64,000 nt of DNA from Geopsychrobacteraceae bacterium (GTDB lineage: Bacteria > Desulfobacterota > Desulfuromonadia > Desulfuromonadales > Geopsychrobacteraceae). Location of the stretch: the NCBI GenBank assembly GCA_963662315.1, contig OY759353.1:2592001-2656000 (forward strand), read 5' to 3'. The position numbers were made by a program, and so were the translations under genes. Below the pieces are notes generated by a model. It was not told the origin of the DNA, did no database searches, and saw only the letters and a program-made list of their open reading frames with translations. This document shows, in pieces, positions 42,795 to 52,699 of this stretch (positions within the stretch are counted from its first letter, which is position 1; each line of letters opens with the position of its first letter).

Positions 42795-43530
42795 AACTCT
42801 TTACCAAAATCAAAATTGAAGGTTCTGAATTCCTGCAGCACATCATCAAGAGTCAGACCGTGATCGTATAAAATCTGATTGTAGGGAGAAATACGGGGAT
42901 TTTCCATGGGACCGCGACAGCCCCGGCAGCGGTCTCCGGCATCAATACAGATCGCCTGACAGCCAGCCCGGGTGACCGGCCCCAGACAGACTTCACCACG
43001 ATCAAACGTACAGGGAATTTCAGCCAGCTTGCACTCAACGCACAAGGAATATCCAGGCAGTTCCTGCTCCTTTTCGAGAAGCAGGCTTTGCAATAACGCT
43101 AAAAATTCCGCAGCCATAACCGGACAGCCCGGCAGGCGGTAATCAACGCTGATAAACGCGGACAACGGCTGCGGCTCGCCCGGCATCAGATGTTTAGCCT
43201 GGGTACCGTAGACTTCCTGGCACAACTGTTTTTCCGGAATAGAGCGGCGTAAGGCGTTCACCCCTGCCATATCGGCACAGGCCCCCAGAGCAACCACGAT
43301 AGAGCTTTGTTTACGAATCCGCCGTAAGCGCTCTATTTCCTCAGCGCTACAGATACTCCCCTCGATAAAAGCAATATCGATAGCCTGTCCGGACATGGCA
43401 TCAAGGATCTGGCGGAACTCGACGATCTCAACCAGGTCAAGCATCTCCATAAACTGGTCTTCGAGCCCGAGAATACTGAGCTGACAGCCTTCACAGCCGG
43501 TAAAATCAAAAAATCCGATTTTCTTTTTCA
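42791..43530 (-). CDS. [NiFe] hydrogenase small (delta) subunit
   Basis: FTGCEGC, GACA, PGCP, CVECK, CLGPVTRAGC...C...CRGCRG. Confidence 0.9.
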
Positions 43531-43564
43531 TAGACACAATATCTGGCACCATCCCCAAAGGCCA

Positions 43565-45448
43565 TCAGCGCTCAATCGCTTCCCGCAAGTGCCGGACACG
43601 ATCATAGGAGAAAATCGGTCCACATTCACACACCCTGACATCATTAATCTGACAACGCCCGCACTTTCCGAGGCCACATTTCATATGGCGTTCGAGGTTT
43701 AAAAACAGTTGTTGTTCCTGAAAACCGAGGCGAAGCAGCATGGGATTGGTAAAGCGATACATCCCTGCCGGTCCGGAAACTGCGGCCCAGGTCCGTTCAG
43801 GCTTCAGCTCCAGGTCACGTAACAGCATGGTGATATCGCCAACCAGGCCATACCAGTCAGATGCGGCTTCCTGCACAATATAACGACAATCAATCTCTGT
43901 CGAGCCCTGCCATTTTTCCAAGTCGGCTCGAAACAAAAACGCTTCAAACCTATTTGCTCCGTAGAGCAACTGCAAACGGCCAAAATGCTGGCGATTTGCC
44001 AGAATCGTCAACAGCAGGGAGCGCAAAGTGATCAGCCCCCGACCGCCAGCGACCAGCAGGATATCGTGCCCTTTGAAACTGGCCATCGGGAATCCGCGCC
44101 CAAACGGTCCGCGCACGCCAATGATATCCCCGACTTTCAACCGATGCAGTGCTTTGGTCAGGCTTCCGGCTTCGCGCACGACAATTTCGATATACATGCT
44201 ATTTTCGGACGGTGACGCAATGGTAAAAGGAGCCTCGCCAAGACCGAAAATAGAGATCTGCAGAAACATCCCCGGGTCAAAAGCAACCGGTGCGGGTAAA
44301 CGCAGACGAAACAGCTTATCCCACTTGGTCAACTGTTCCACAGCCACGATTTCCGCCAATTGGGGATGGTATTCCTGCCCAGGCAGACTACCGGCCTCGG
44401 GAAAGGCTTTTTCCTGGTGCAGATCATTGAGCACCGAAACCGGGTTAATCCGCCGCAGACACTCTCTAACGCAGCGGCCACAACCGACACACGCCAGACG
44501 CTGTTTTTCATCCCACAGATATTTATACTTGCGGAAAAAACGATGCCGCTGCCTATCAGCCTGGCTGCTGCGAAATTCCATCCCGCCGGATACCTGGGTA
44601 AAATTATCCAGCTGGCAGGAGTCCCAGACCCTGACCCGGGAGCCGCTTTCAAGATCGAGATCCAGCTTGTCCTTGACATTGAAGCAGTAGCAGGTCGGGC
44701 AGACCAGGCTGCAAATGCCACAACCAAGGCAATCCTTACCCAACTTTTCCCAGACCGAGTGATCATAGCTGTCAGTCAGTACCGAAGATAAAGAATCTGC
44801 CGGAAAATGAAGATTTTGAACGGTATTTTTCGTTTTGGGAACGAGCCCCCTGGCTGGCTCGGCGGCGACGATCTGTGGGGCGTGCCGGGTCACCAGGTCC
44901 CAGCCGCGGCGGGTTCCTCCCTGCAGCAGATACCCCCCGTCACAGCGATGCAAAAACAGATCGAAACCGCTTTTCGGCTGATCCGTTTCCATGCTGGTAC
45001 AAAAACAGTACTGATCGGGGGTGCAATCCACCCCGATAATCAATGTTACTTCACGCTTGGCCCGGTAGGCACTATCCGCCTCGCCCTCAAACAGACAATC
45101 ATCCAGGACTTTTATCGCCTGAATATCACACGGATGCACACCGAATAGGATACGGGGTTGGGCAGCCTTTTCCGGCTCGAGCAGAACCTTGCCGCCAACA
45201 CGGAAATGAAACAGCTTATCCCAGTTGGGAAACAGGTATTTTTTCGGGGAAGGAACTTGGGGTGGGAAATCAAGCCTGAGCAGGGTCGGGTCTTCGACCG
45301 GGCCAAGACCGAGACGACCTCGTTTTTCCTGCACTCCCACGACTTCATAGGAATAGGTTAACGAGCGGACAAACTGGTCAAGCATCTCCCGGCTGACGAA
45401 ACGCCAGGGCACTTTCTCCTGCTCATCTTTTTCATTCACTTCAGTCAT
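43565..45448 (-). CDS. Fused sulfhydrogenase beta (4Fe-4S, AsrA-like) plus gamma (FAD/NAD, 2Fe-2S, AsrB-like) subunit
   Basis: CLGCGICSLVCPTCYCF and CVGCGRCVREC in N-half; GPFGRGF, AGGRG, ERHMKCGLGKCGRC in C-half; single open frame. Confidence 0.88.
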   Translation of the reverse strand: MTEVNEKDEQEKVPWRFVSREMLDQFVRSLTYSYEVVGVQEKRGRLGLGPVEDPTLLRLDFPPQVPSPKKYLFPNWDKLFHFRVGGKVLLEPEKAAQPRILFGVHPCDIQAIKVLDDCLFEGEADSAYRAKREVTLIIGVDCTPDQYCFCTSMETDQPKSGFDLFLHRCDGGYLLQGGTRRGWDLVTRHAPQIVAAEPARGLVPKTKNTVQNLHFPADSLSSVLTDSYDHSVWEKLGKDCLGCGICSLVCPTCYCFNVKDKLDLDLESGSRVRVWDSCQLDNFTQVSGGMEFRSSQADRQRHRFFRKYKYLWDEKQRLACVGCGRCVRECLRRINPVSVLNDLHQEKAFPEAGSLPGQEYHPQLAEIVAVEQLTKWDKLFRLRLPAPVAFDPGMFLQISIFGLGEAPFTIASPSENSMYIEIVVREAGSLTKALHRLKVGDIIGVRGPFGRGFPMASFKGHDILLVAGGRGLITLRSLLLTILANRQHFGRLQLLYGANRFEAFLFRADLEKWQGSTEIDCRYIVQEAASDWYGLVGDITMLLRDLELKPERTWAAVSGPAGMYRFTNPMLLRLGFQEQQLFLNLERHMKCGLGKCGRCQINDVRVCECGPIFSYDRVRHLREAIER

Positions 45449-45461
45449 GGCATCATGCTAA

Positions 45462-45554
45462 TTCCCCCCTTTTTAAAGGGGGGTTAGGGGGGATTTCTTA
45501 CGCGTAAGGGAGACGTTGCAAATCCCCCTCAGTCCCCCTTTACTAAAGGGGGAA
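45462..45554. repeat. Inverted REP-like doublet
   Basis: CCCCCCTTTTTAAAGGGGGGTTAGGGGGGATTT and AATCCCCCTCAGTCCCCCTTTACTAAAGGGGG. Confidence 0.75.
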
Positions 45555-45568
45555 GATAATTTTAAAAA

Positions 45569-46759
45569 TCAGACCTCTTCCGGTTCAAGAATCGGCAGAT
45601 AGGTTACACCGATTTTATACAACAGTACACCGAAAGCGACAAAGGCCAGGGTAATGGCAACTTCCCCGACGGTGGGGAAATAGTTCCAGCCAGTGCCGGG
45701 ATTCACCCCGATCAGGAACACATTAAAACGGTTCAAAACAACTCCCAGGATCACCGAAGTCGCGCAACAGAACAGTTTGAACGGACTGTTACGGACGCTT
45801 TCCCGTTTGAACATAAAATAAGGCACGGCAAACAGGCAGAATTCCACCAAGAAGGAATAACCCTGGACACTGCCGTCAAAAGCACTGACCAAGACCCCGC
45901 GATAGGCGAGATCACCGATACGCAGCAGCAGGTAAGTTCCCAAGAAGTAAGGAATAAACTCTGAGATCCCAGCGAGCAGCTTCGATTCGTCCCTGGTCCG
46001 GAAAAAGAGCCGGGCCAGGGTGGCCTCAAAGATGACCATGGGCAACCCGACACTCACCGCCGAGGTCAGGAACAACAGTGGCGACAAGGGAGTAAACCAC
46101 AATTCATGCAGCTTATAGGGAGCAATCAGCATCAGGGTACCAAGGGAAGACTGGTGACCAAAAGACAGGACCACGCCGGCAATAATGAAGAAGGCCATGA
46201 TACGGCGCAACAGGCGGTCGCCTTTCTCCATGAAAAATTCCGTCGGCTTGTTAAACAGATTGAATGGCACCATCAGATTAACGCGCCCTTTGTACTCATC
46301 AAATAGCGCCGGCAGGTTTTCGATAGCCAGCACCGTCAGGTACAGCATGACACACCAGGCGACCTCGAATAATACCGAGGTACCGTTCCAGTACACCAGC
46401 GCGTGCCAGATATTGTAATACTTGCCAAGGTCAAAGGTCACACCGAGGCCGACCAGAAAGTACCCGATAAAGGCCGTCAGGGTTGCCGGTCTGAGTAGGG
46501 CATGGTACTTCTCGTGACCAAAGATTTCGACGATCGCCGCGGTGGTAAAGCCCCCAGCTGCCAGAGCAACGCCACAGGCGACATCAAAGGCGATCCAGAT
46601 CCCCCAGGGAAACCCCGGATTCAGATTGGTCACCGAGGCAAAGCCGTGGAAAAACCGGAAGTAGGCAAAGTAGCAACCCGCCACCATGAAGAATAACAGT
46701 ACCCAGGTATTAAAAGTAAAAAACTTGCCACGTAAGGCACTAGCATGATGGCTCATCAT
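45569..46759 (-). CDS. hybB: HybB / NrfD-family integral membrane subunit
   Basis: PWGIWIAFDVACGVALAAGG, SVLFEVAWC, HQSSLG. Confidence 0.9.
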   Translation of the reverse strand: MMSHHASALRGKFFTFNTWVLLFFMVAGCYFAYFRFFHGFASVTNLNPGFPWGIWIAFDVACGVALAAGGFTTAAIVEIFGHEKYHALLRPATLTAFIGYFLVGLGVTFDLGKYYNIWHALVYWNGTSVLFEVAWCVMLYLTVLAIENLPALFDEYKGRVNLMVPFNLFNKPTEFFMEKGDRLLRRIMAFFIIAGVVLSFGHQSSLGTLMLIAPYKLHELWFTPLSPLLFLTSAVSVGLPMVIFEATLARLFFRTRDESKLLAGISEFIPYFLGTYLLLRIGDLAYRGVLVSAFDGSVQGYSFLVEFCLFAVPYFMFKRESVRNSPFKLFCCATSVILGVVLNRFNVFLIGVNPGTGWNYFPTVGEVAITLAFVAFGVLLYKIGVTYLPILEPEEV

Positions 46760-47660
46760 GTCCTCCTTTGTCAGCCTTTTTCTCTTTGCGCCGCTGGTTA
46801 TAAACCATGATTCCTCCCAGAATGGTGTATACAGCGATGGGCGGGATAAAATACTGGAAGATACGATGCTGAATGCTCTCGGTCAGCCCCGAAACCGGAC
46901 GATAAGCAAAATCACCGAGCCCCAAAGAAGCAAAGGCTACTTTTTTGCTGCTCAGATAGAGGACATCCGTGCCACCGACTTCATTTTCACCATAGATGTG
47001 ATCCTCATAAAGCCCTGGATTTTCCTCAATCCTCTGACGTGCAATTTTGATCAGATCCTGCCGTTTGCCAAACACGATAGCCCCGGCAGGACATGCGTCT
47101 GCACACGCGGTCGGTTTCCCTTGCGCAACCCGACTCTCACTGCACAGGGTACATTTTTTAATAGTAGGAATTGCCTTGCTCCACTCAAACTGTGGCACAT
47201 TGTAAGGACAGGCCACCATACAGTAACGACACCCCATGCACTTGTCGGCATCGTATTGAACGGAACCATCGGCGGTCTTCTTCAGCGCACCGACAATACA
47301 GGCCGAGACACAGGCAGGATCGACGCAGTGCATACACTGACGCTTGACAAACGTCGCCTGGCCGGCTTCATCCTGGTACATTTTAACCAGAGTATAGGTA
47401 TTTTCCGACAACTCGCGGGGTGAATCGTAAAGACCGCTTCCCAGACTGTTGTCTGGAGCCAGGTGATTCTCCCTCTTGCAGGCGACCTGGCAGGCCTTAC
47501 AGCCGATACAGCGCGTCGTATCATTCAGCATGCCATACCACTCGGGATCGGCCTGAGGCCGCTGGTGTTCAGCATGTGCGACGACCGGGGCAGCTGCCGA
47601 GCAGATAGCAGCCCCCCCGGCAGCGCCCAACTTAAAGAATTTTCTCCGTGAAATATCCAT
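46740..47660 (-). CDS. hybA: HybA 4x[4Fe-4S] subunit with Tat signal
   Basis: SRRKFFK, CIGCKACQVAC, CMHCVDPACVSAC, CMGCRYCMVACP, C-terminal TM. Confidence 0.9.
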   Translation of the reverse strand: MDISRRKFFKLGAAGGAAICSAAAPVVAHAEHQRPQADPEWYGMLNDTTRCIGCKACQVACKRENHLAPDNSLGSGLYDSPRELSENTYTLVKMYQDEAGQATFVKRQCMHCVDPACVSACIVGALKKTADGSVQYDADKCMGCRYCMVACPYNVPQFEWSKAIPTIKKCTLCSESRVAQGKPTACADACPAGAIVFGKRQDLIKIARQRIEENPGLYEDHIYGENEVGGTDVLYLSSKKVAFASLGLGDFAYRPVSGLTESIQHRIFQYFIPPIAVYTILGGIMVYNQRRKEKKADKGGHDEPSC

Positions 47661-47663
47661 ACC

Positions 47664-48761
47664 CTACCCCCTCTTGTCCTGATCTTTCTGTCCCTTGCCT
47701 TGAAGCGCAGCTTTCGCGCCAACAGCACCGACAGCGAGCCCGGCCAACCCGGCATACACAGGGCCATAACCTGATTCTTTATGATGATCAGTAAAAATCG
47801 GGGGATAAGCTGCCGGCGGGGTAACCTCTTTCAGGGGCACCGGGGTCGCCAGAGATTTGGCAAAGGGGAATTCCGGCTCAACACAACCGATACAGGCGTG
47901 ACCGTTTTCAATACACCAGTTGGTCCCCCCGTTCCACTCTTTCTGCGGACAGCTGGCGTGGGTAATCGGTCCTTTGCAGCCAAGTTTGTAGAGGCAATAA
48001 GGATCAGACGCTTTTTCAGCAAAACGACCGGCGTCAAAATGACCGCGCAGCGGGCAGTTATCATGGATCAGGGTGCCGTAGTAAGCCACGGGTCTGGCAT
48101 AGTCATCCACCTTGATATTCTTGGGACCATCAAGCAGTAGCGAAGCAACGGTCCCGATGAACCAGTCAGGGTGAGCCGCGCAGCCCGGCAGGTTAATGGT
48201 CGGGGTACTGATCCCATGCTCCTGGAAAACATCCAGCACACCTTTGGCTCCGGTTGGATTCGGTTCAGCAGCAACAACACCGCCAAAAGCCGCGCAACTG
48301 CCGATAGCGATAACCGCTTTCGCTTTGCGGCCCAGGCGCATCACATGTTCAAGCGCCGGAATACCATGACCATTCTTTTCCCCGACTTCACAGGCGGTGC
48401 CGCCATCCTTGGTCGCAATGGCGCCCTCAACAACGAGCAGGAACGGTTTTTCCTCGGTATCGTACATAGCCTGCATAGCCAGGTCTCCGGAAGCGGCCAT
48501 GACCGTCGGGTGGAACACCAGCTCGGTATGATGACCAGGGACAATCTGACCGAGCAAGACATCCTGAATGCGTGGCGATAACGCATCCAGCAGAGAAACA
48601 CTGCAGCCACTGCAAGCTCCGGCCGCCAGCCAGATGATCGGGGTTTCCTGCAGCGCATCGGCAAAGGCTTTACGCAACAAAGGGTTATCGAACAGACTCA
48701 TCCCGAAAACAGCGGCTGCTCCGGCGGATCCTTTTAAAAATTTACGACGACTCAGTTCCAT
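47664..48761 (-). CDS. Periplasmic [NiFe] hydrogenase small subunit, Tat-exported, C-terminal anchor
   Basis: SRRKFLK, CSGC, GSCA, PGC, HDNC, CLYKLGCKGP, NWCIENGHACIGC. Confidence 0.93.
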   Translation of the reverse strand: MELSRRKFLKGSAGAAAVFGMSLFDNPLLRKAFADALQETPIIWLAAGACSGCSVSLLDALSPRIQDVLLGQIVPGHHTELVFHPTVMAASGDLAMQAMYDTEEKPFLLVVEGAIATKDGGTACEVGEKNGHGIPALEHVMRLGRKAKAVIAIGSCAAFGGVVAAEPNPTGAKGVLDVFQEHGISTPTINLPGCAAHPDWFIGTVASLLLDGPKNIKVDDYARPVAYYGTLIHDNCPLRGHFDAGRFAEKASDPYCLYKLGCKGPITHASCPQKEWNGGTNWCIENGHACIGCVEPEFPFAKSLATPVPLKEVTPPAAYPPIFTDHHKESGYGPVYAGLAGLAVGAVGAKAALQGKGQKDQDKRG

Positions 48762-49269
48762 ATTTCTCTCCTCGGGGGTCATCCACCCCCATCACATGTT
48801 CAATTTCATTGACGACCAGGCGCACCGCTTGCGGCACGGCCTGCCGTACTTCATCACATAATCCGATTCCCAGGGCTGTTGAGGAGGGCTGCACCCCGAT
48901 CACCACGGTCTGTTCCGGCTTGCAATCAACCAGTTCAGCGAGTTTCAGGGTCTCCAGCAGACCAACCTGATGCAGAGAGTTCATCGGCAAGCCACCGCTT
49001 TCAACCTGTTCGGGGCTGAAGCGATAGAGGGTCCCGGGCTGCTGCCCCCCCCTTACCGCGTCCAGCACAATCAGTTTGCGGCGACCGTCAAACACATCCA
49101 TCAGATCGATAGCCGAGGTCCCGGCATCGAAAAGCTCAACCTGATCGGGCAACTCTTCATCCTCAAGAGCACGCAAGACGGCATCAGCAAAGCCGTCATC
49201 GCTGCTGAGAATATTACCGACCCCCATCACCAGGATGGGAGCGCGCCATTCCTCATATGTGACGGACAT
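48742..49269 (-). CDS. Hydrogenase maturation protease (HyaD/HybD family)
   Basis: VMGVGNILSSDDG, DAGT, LDAV, SLHQVG. Confidence 0.92.
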   Translation of the reverse strand: MSVTYEEWRAPILVMGVGNILSSDDGFADAVLRALEDEELPDQVELFDAGTSAIDLMDVFDGRRKLIVLDAVRGGQQPGTLYRFSPEQVESGGLPMNSLHQVGLLETLKLAELVDCKPEQTVVIGVQPSSTALGIGLCDEVRQAVPQAVRLVVNEIEHVMGVDDPRGEKYGTESS

Positions 49270-50834
49270 TACTGGGGCCCGACGACAAAACGACCAAGGT
49301 CCCGCCCCTTGGGATCAACCACGTGCACGGCACAGGACAGGCAGGGATCGTAGGAGCGGACGATACGAACCAGCTCAAAGGGATTGTTTTTATCTCGGAC
49401 GGCAGTCCCGATCAGAGACTGTTCGATGGGACCAGGCTGTCCCGCAGAGTCCATCGGACCCGCGTTCCAAGTGGTTGGAACAACGGCCTGGTAGTTTTTG
49501 GTCTGCCCGCCTTCAACGACGATCCAGTGACCCAGGGCCCCACGGGGAGCTTCGTGCAGCCCCATCCCTTTACTGGTGACGTTGAGATTGAAGTCGGTAA
49601 ATGACGGCGCCCCCGGCTGCAGTTCCATCGCCCAGTCACGCAGCTTGCCCGCAACAATGCGGGTTTCGATAGCGCGAGCGGCATGACGTCCCAGTACCGA
49701 AAAGAGGGCCGGAGCAGAGGCATTGAACTTGCCCAACACAGAGTTGATCATACTCTGAACCTGCTGATCACCGGAGACATAGCTGGCCAGCATCCGTGCC
49801 AACGGACCAACTTCCATAACCTCACCATTGTAGCGGGGAGACTTGCACCAGCTGTAAGCACCGGCTTTTTCATGGTCGGCCTCGGTGACCCCTTCGTAGG
49901 GGTGGCGGATACCGGAATCGACATAATAGCTGTTCTGCACATCTTCGGTAATGGCCTGAGGGTTGATCCTCTCCAGTTTCAGGGTACTGCCGCGTACAAT
50001 CCCCTGGGGCAGATAGCGACTGCGTTTGGTCAGATCCGGGTCGGTATCCAGATCAAAACAGCCAAATGACATGAATTGCTGACAGCCCGTGCCTACGGTA
50101 AAATAATCACTGTAGCGAGCGGCGACCATCAGCACATCGGGCAGGTAGTAGGAATCGATAAAATCGATCAGCTGGTCAACTTTGGCAACAAATTGGGTAA
50201 TTTTGTCTCGTGTCGGAGCGGTAGAGACGCCCCCGGCGACAATCGACATGTTATGCGGCATCTTGCCACCAAAAACAGCAACGGTTTCGTGAGCCAGGCG
50301 GCGCATATTCAAAGCTTCAACGTAATGCGCTACCGCAGCGATATTTTCCGCCTTGCTGAGGCGGTAATCACCTTCGTAACGTGGCACAAAGGGCCCCAAA
50401 TGACCACGGCTGATAAAATCCTGCACCTTTTTCAGAATCGGGTCAGTGCCGTTGTAATCAGCGACAGCCGTCACATCAACGTAATCAAGAGCAGCCAGCT
50501 GATAAAAGTGCAGGATGTGTGACTGCACATAGTTGGCACCCTGGATCAGATTGCGCAGAATCCGGCCGTTAGCGGTGATATTGCCATTTACGCCATAGGC
50601 TTCATCAAGGGCATAGGCTGCAGCAAGACCGTGAGATGTCGGGCAGACACCACAGATACGTTGCATAATACGGGCAGCATCACGGGGATCTCGGCCGAGC
50701 AGAATATTTTCCAGGCCGCGATAAAGCATACCGGAACTTTTCGCTTCCTTGACAACACCGTCTTCCAGCGTTGCTTCAATTTTGAGATGGCCTTCAATAC
50801 GGGAAATGGGGTCGATGGTAATTTTTGTTGCCAT
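49269..50834 (-). CDS. [NiFe] hydrogenase large subunit, group 1 (1a/NiFeSe-like, Cys at the Sec position)
   Basis: IDPISRIEGHL, QRICGVCPTSH, EAPRG, RSYDPCLSCAVH (TGC codon). Confidence 0.93.
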   Translation of the reverse strand: MATKITIDPISRIEGHLKIEATLEDGVVKEAKSSGMLYRGLENILLGRDPRDAARIMQRICGVCPTSHGLAAAYALDEAYGVNGNITANGRILRNLIQGANYVQSHILHFYQLAALDYVDVTAVADYNGTDPILKKVQDFISRGHLGPFVPRYEGDYRLSKAENIAAVAHYVEALNMRRLAHETVAVFGGKMPHNMSIVAGGVSTAPTRDKITQFVAKVDQLIDFIDSYYLPDVLMVAARYSDYFTVGTGCQQFMSFGCFDLDTDPDLTKRSRYLPQGIVRGSTLKLERINPQAITEDVQNSYYVDSGIRHPYEGVTEADHEKAGAYSWCKSPRYNGEVMEVGPLARMLASYVSGDQQVQSMINSVLGKFNASAPALFSVLGRHAARAIETRIVAGKLRDWAMELQPGAPSFTDFNLNVTSKGMGLHEAPRGALGHWIVVEGGQTKNYQAVVPTTWNAGPMDSAGQPGPIEQSLIGTAVRDKNNPFELVRIVRSYDPCLSCAVHVVDPKGRDLGRFVVGPQ

Positions 50835-50964
50835 GAAAATCCTCTCCTGATCTCACTAAAAAATGTCAAAACAACAACCCTCCACACCTTACTTTTCAGT
50901 CGTCTCCTTTCTGAACAAGCGTTAAAGCATGGACAGATCGCGCAAACGCATACGGGTCAAGAGG

Positions 50965-50980
50965 ATCAAAAAGCGTGCCA
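50965..50980 (-). promoter_or_regulatory. sigma54 -24/-12 promoter of the hydrogenase operon
   Basis: TGGCACGCTTTTTGAT (consensus TGGCAC-N5-TTGCW, one mismatch at -12). Confidence 0.7.
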
Positions 50981-51070
50981 GATCGATTATTTTATTTACA
51001 ACAGGAGCTATTCATTGATTAACAGGCATTTTTTAGAATATAACCGGCAATGATGGCGTTTTGGCAGAAA

Positions 51071-51108
51071 TGGATCATCTTGTCCAAGGAGTGGTTCAAA
51101 ATGACCCA
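51071..51108. promoter_or_regulatory. Tandem candidate enhancer (UAS) sites
   Basis: TGGATCATCTTGTCCA and TGGTTCAAAATGACCCA, about 90-130 bp upstream of the -24 element. Confidence 0.6.
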
Positions 51109-51172
51109 TTTTCTTCATTCAGAAAGGAAGTAATTTGCAGTAAAAAGAAGAGTTAAAAATTAATTTCCGTTT

Positions 51173-52531
51173 TTAATTATCAGAGCGCTGAATGTCATAC
51201 TGCAGCAATTTACGATCCAGGGTCTTGCGTGAGATCTGCAGGATCCCGGCGGTCTTCATTTTATGGTAACGCGTCTGACGATAAACCTGTTCAATATAGA
51301 GCCGCTCCAGATCTTCCAGCGACATCAACTCAGTCGGCATTTTAAACTCGAAGGGAGCCCCGGAAACAATCGGCAATGGCAAATGCGCACTACTGATGGT
51401 ATCGCCATCGGCCAACAGCGCCGCCATTTCCAGTACATTCTGCAACTCCCGCACATTACCGGGCCAGTCATACTGGGTCAGCAGCCTGACCGCCTCAGCG
51501 TCCATATCAGCGGCGGCTCCCTGCAAACGCCCCAGGAAATAGCGTGCCAACAGCGGGATATCATCACGCCGGTCACGCAACGGAGGCAGTTTCAGGGTCG
51601 CAACGTTGATGCGATAGTAAAGATCCTGACGAAACCGCCCCGCCGCCACCTCTTCTTCCAGGTTTTTATTCGTCGCAGCCACAAACCGCACATCCGCATG
51701 CTTTACCTGGGTAGAACCAACGGGCATATACTCCTTTTCCTGCAGAACCCGCAGTAATTTGGCCTGCAACGCAGCACTCAGATCTCCGACCTCGTCAAGA
51801 AACAGGGTCCCCCGGTGAGCCTCCTGGACCAGGCCACTGGAGTTGGCGATAGCTCCGGTAAAAGCCCCCTTCACGTGTCCAAACAACTGACTTTCAAGCA
51901 ACGTATCCGTCAGCGCAGCGCAGTTGATGGTCATAAAACGATGCTCGCTCCGTGGACTTGAGTAATGGATGGTTGAGGCAATCAGCTCTTTACCGGTGCC
52001 GCTTTCCCCCAGCACCAGAACACTGGCATCACTCTTGGCAACCTTTAACGTCAGAGCATAGACCTGCTCAAATTCCTTACTTTTGAAAATAATTCGACCA
52101 GGGTCAAAACGCTCCTTAAGGGCCGCCTTTAGCGACTGATTCTCCTTCTCAAGACCGCTGCGTTCAAGCACCCGGTTAACAATGGCGGAGATTTCATCAT
52201 TGATAAACGGCTTCAGCAGGTACTCATAGGCACCAGCCTGCAGGGCTCTGACCGCCTTACGCACGGTCGCCAGAGAACTGGTCACAACAACCATGGTCTT
52301 GGGGTAGAGGAGAACAAGCCGCCTGACCAGCTCATCCGTCGGCAACCCGGGCAGCTGATCATCAACAAAAATCAGATCCGGGTATTCAGCGTTATGTCCC
52401 TCGTGAAGATCGATAAGCTGCTGCGCACTTGAATAGATAAAAACCTGATGCCCCGCCGCTCCCAGCCAGCCAGTCAGATATTGCTGAACCTGCTCACTGG
52501 TGTCGCAGACGTAGATAGTCCCCTGCTGCAT
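51173..52531 (-). CDS. sigma54-dependent activator (REC-AAA-HTH, NtrC family)
   Basis: GESGTGKE, GAFTGA, LFLDEVG, RFRQDLYYR, WPGNVREL, C-terminal HTH. Confidence 0.95.
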   Translation of the reverse strand: MQQGTIYVCDTSEQVQQYLTGWLGAAGHQVFIYSSAQQLIDLHEGHNAEYPDLIFVDDQLPGLPTDELVRRLVLLYPKTMVVVTSSLATVRKAVRALQAGAYEYLLKPFINDEISAIVNRVLERSGLEKENQSLKAALKERFDPGRIIFKSKEFEQVYALTLKVAKSDASVLVLGESGTGKELIASTIHYSSPRSEHRFMTINCAALTDTLLESQLFGHVKGAFTGAIANSSGLVQEAHRGTLFLDEVGDLSAALQAKLLRVLQEKEYMPVGSTQVKHADVRFVAATNKNLEEEVAAGRFRQDLYYRINVATLKLPPLRDRRDDIPLLARYFLGRLQGAAADMDAEAVRLLTQYDWPGNVRELQNVLEMAALLADGDTISSAHLPLPIVSGAPFEFKMPTELMSLEDLERLYIEQVYRQTRYHKMKTAGILQISRKTLDRKLLQYDIQRSDN

Positions 52532-52554
52532 AACAGATATCGCCTCTCTCGCAC

Positions 52555-52570
52555 TGTATCATTTTGTCCA
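52555..52570. promoter_or_regulatory. Candidate binding site upstream of the activator gene
   Basis: TGTATCATTTTGTCCA, 14/16 match to 51071-51086. Confidence 0.55.
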
Positions 52571-52699
52571 TAACATAAAAACCAACCCAGGATATCGCTA
52601 TCAACTGTTGCACAATAATGTATCCTAGACAATAACTATATATTGAAGGTTGCATCCCGGAAATTTAGGGTTTGATTTTTGCATGATTATTTTCCCCGA

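Noticed and set aside
49269..50834. Selenocysteine-containing NiFeSe hydrogenase
   Set aside because: The relevant codon is TGC (Cys) and the frame is open without TGA
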